A stretch of DNA of 64,000 bases from Octopus vulgaris. Taxonomy: Eukaryota. A program made the position numbers and the translations under genes. The notes under the pieces were generated by a model. The model worked only from the letters and a program-made list of their open reading frames with translations. It was not told the DNA's origin and did not search any database. Location: NCBI GenBank assembly GCA_951406725.2, contig OX597817.1:9300001-9364000 (forward strand). The letters run 5' to 3'. Positions 62,439 through 64,000 of the stretch are shown here, in pieces. Position 1 is the stretch's first letter. The number at the start of each line of letters is the position of its first letter.

Positions 62439-62617
62439 CAGTGCTTTTCAAACTTTTTGCTGGAGCGGAACCCCAAGGAAACATTTCACTGGCTCGAGGA
62501 ACCCCTGTGCAATAATCTAATTGTCTTATGCACACATATCTGCACAGGAAAATTAAAAATTACTGCCGATTTTAGCATTTTTGTAACTTCTTGCGGAACC
62601 CTGGTGGAAAACCACTG
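62439..62617. mobile_element. hAT (Charlie-like) MITE
   Basis: TIR CAGTGCTTTTCAA / TGGAAAACCACTG; 8-bp TSD GTTTAGAA (62431-62438, 62618-62625). Confidence 0.88.
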
Positions 62618-64000
62618 GTTTAGAAGTTCCCTGATAAGATGATCCATTGTAATGTATGTAAGCAGAAGCTGTTTCTTCAATCAGTTTGTCCTCTCTCTCC
62701 CTTTGCTCTCTCTATCTACCAATCAGTTCATTGCTGCCTCAGAGTACACACTCATCCACCTACTCAATGTTACTTCCAACCATATTCACTATAAAATTGA
62801 TAGCACTTATATGTCCAGTTCCCTACTCTTCTCTCTGTGCATTCTGACATATTTGATGCTCATACACACATTTATGTTCTTGATTGCATTCAAGAGACAG
62901 ACTTTATAATTGATAGACAAACCTTCACTTACAAACTCTCTGAAACCTTTACTCTTCTATGTGGCTGGACTCCCTCTCTGCCTCATCAATACACTAAGCA
63001 ACTTCATACTCTCTACTCAAACCCATGTAATGTCCTTGCTTTTCATCTCTGAATATTCCTAAAATTTCCAACTCAACACTTACCAAGTCTCACCTTCTCC
63101 CATTCAGCAAGATTAAAACACTGGATTATTTATTTTGGGTCAGAAGTACAGTTAGTTATGAACATGTGCTTATCGATAATACAGTTAACTTTAATAGACA
63201 CAGTTTTCCTGTAATACAGGATGTTCCTAAGGTGGTGAGCTGGAAGAAATGTTAGCACGTTGGGCGAAATGCTTAGCGGTATTTCGTCTGTCTTTACATT
63301 CTGAGTTCAAATACCACTGAGGTCAACTTTGCTTTTCATCCTTTCGGGGTTAATAAATTAAGCACCAGTTGCATACTGGAGTCAATCTAAACAACTGGCC
63401 CCCTCCCCCAAAATTTCAGGCCTTGTTCCTAGAAAAGAATGCATGAAGTTCCTAATCTATTGCTGGAGAGTAAATGTTACAGAGAGTATCTAGCTATTAA
63501 TCAACCATTCCAACAAAATCCTATTTTGTACTAATTTGAAAAATTGGACATGAAATGATAAATCAGATTTTAACAGTTGATTTTTGACATTAATAACTAA
63601 AGCATTTTTTTATTTCAAGTTTTGAGGATGTTCTCCATTTTCTTAGTTTTTGCCTTTTTATTCTTATCACTTCATTCATCCACCTAACTGTAAATAAGCA
63701 CCTACAGTAGTTGGGGGCCTCTGTATAATTAAAAAACATTCTTACCAAATATGGCCAACACATAACTAGAAACCTCAAGTTTACTACAGATACTGGGCTC
63801 ACTACCACTGAGGGTCGGTCCTGCTAAATGGATGTCCATCCTCTATTTAGCCAAAAGTATATTTCAAAGACTAGTACTTGTTTTGAGAGCCAGAAAATAT
63901 TTCAGCTCTTTTACTAACTCTCTATGAAGCTCAAGTGAAGCCCATAATAGAATATTAGTTCTACACTGGAGACAGTGCTGCTGCTGCTGCTACTGCTACT

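Noticed and set aside
52460-64000. Second host gene downstream
   Set aside because: All recognisable coding remnants are TE-derived and no coherent exon chain was found; small exons cannot be excluded

Overview
AT-rich eukaryotic DNA; the repeat families look like Octopus (coleoid cephalopod), which is recognition rather than a search result. The only host gene is the 3' half of a + strand VPS13B (COH1) orthologue: 12 GT-AG exons from 275 to the TGA at 50552-50554, splicing in frame to about 1198 aa, followed by a probable 3' UTR. The introns and downstream region hold at least four SINE-like families, decayed LINEs (RTE, CR1, Tx1, R4/Dong-like), a DD37D maT transposon relic, pogo-, piggyBac- and hAT-type MITEs, Helitron-like elements and microsatellites. 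I found no CRISPR array and no convincing new protein-coding system. The most unusual items are a fold-back insertion with a 40-bp duplication (18851-19255), long hairpins inside (TA)n tracts, cryptic exons in antisense SINEs, inverted SINE pairs around exons, SINE tail swapping and a diverged copy of the VPS13B 3' UTR.
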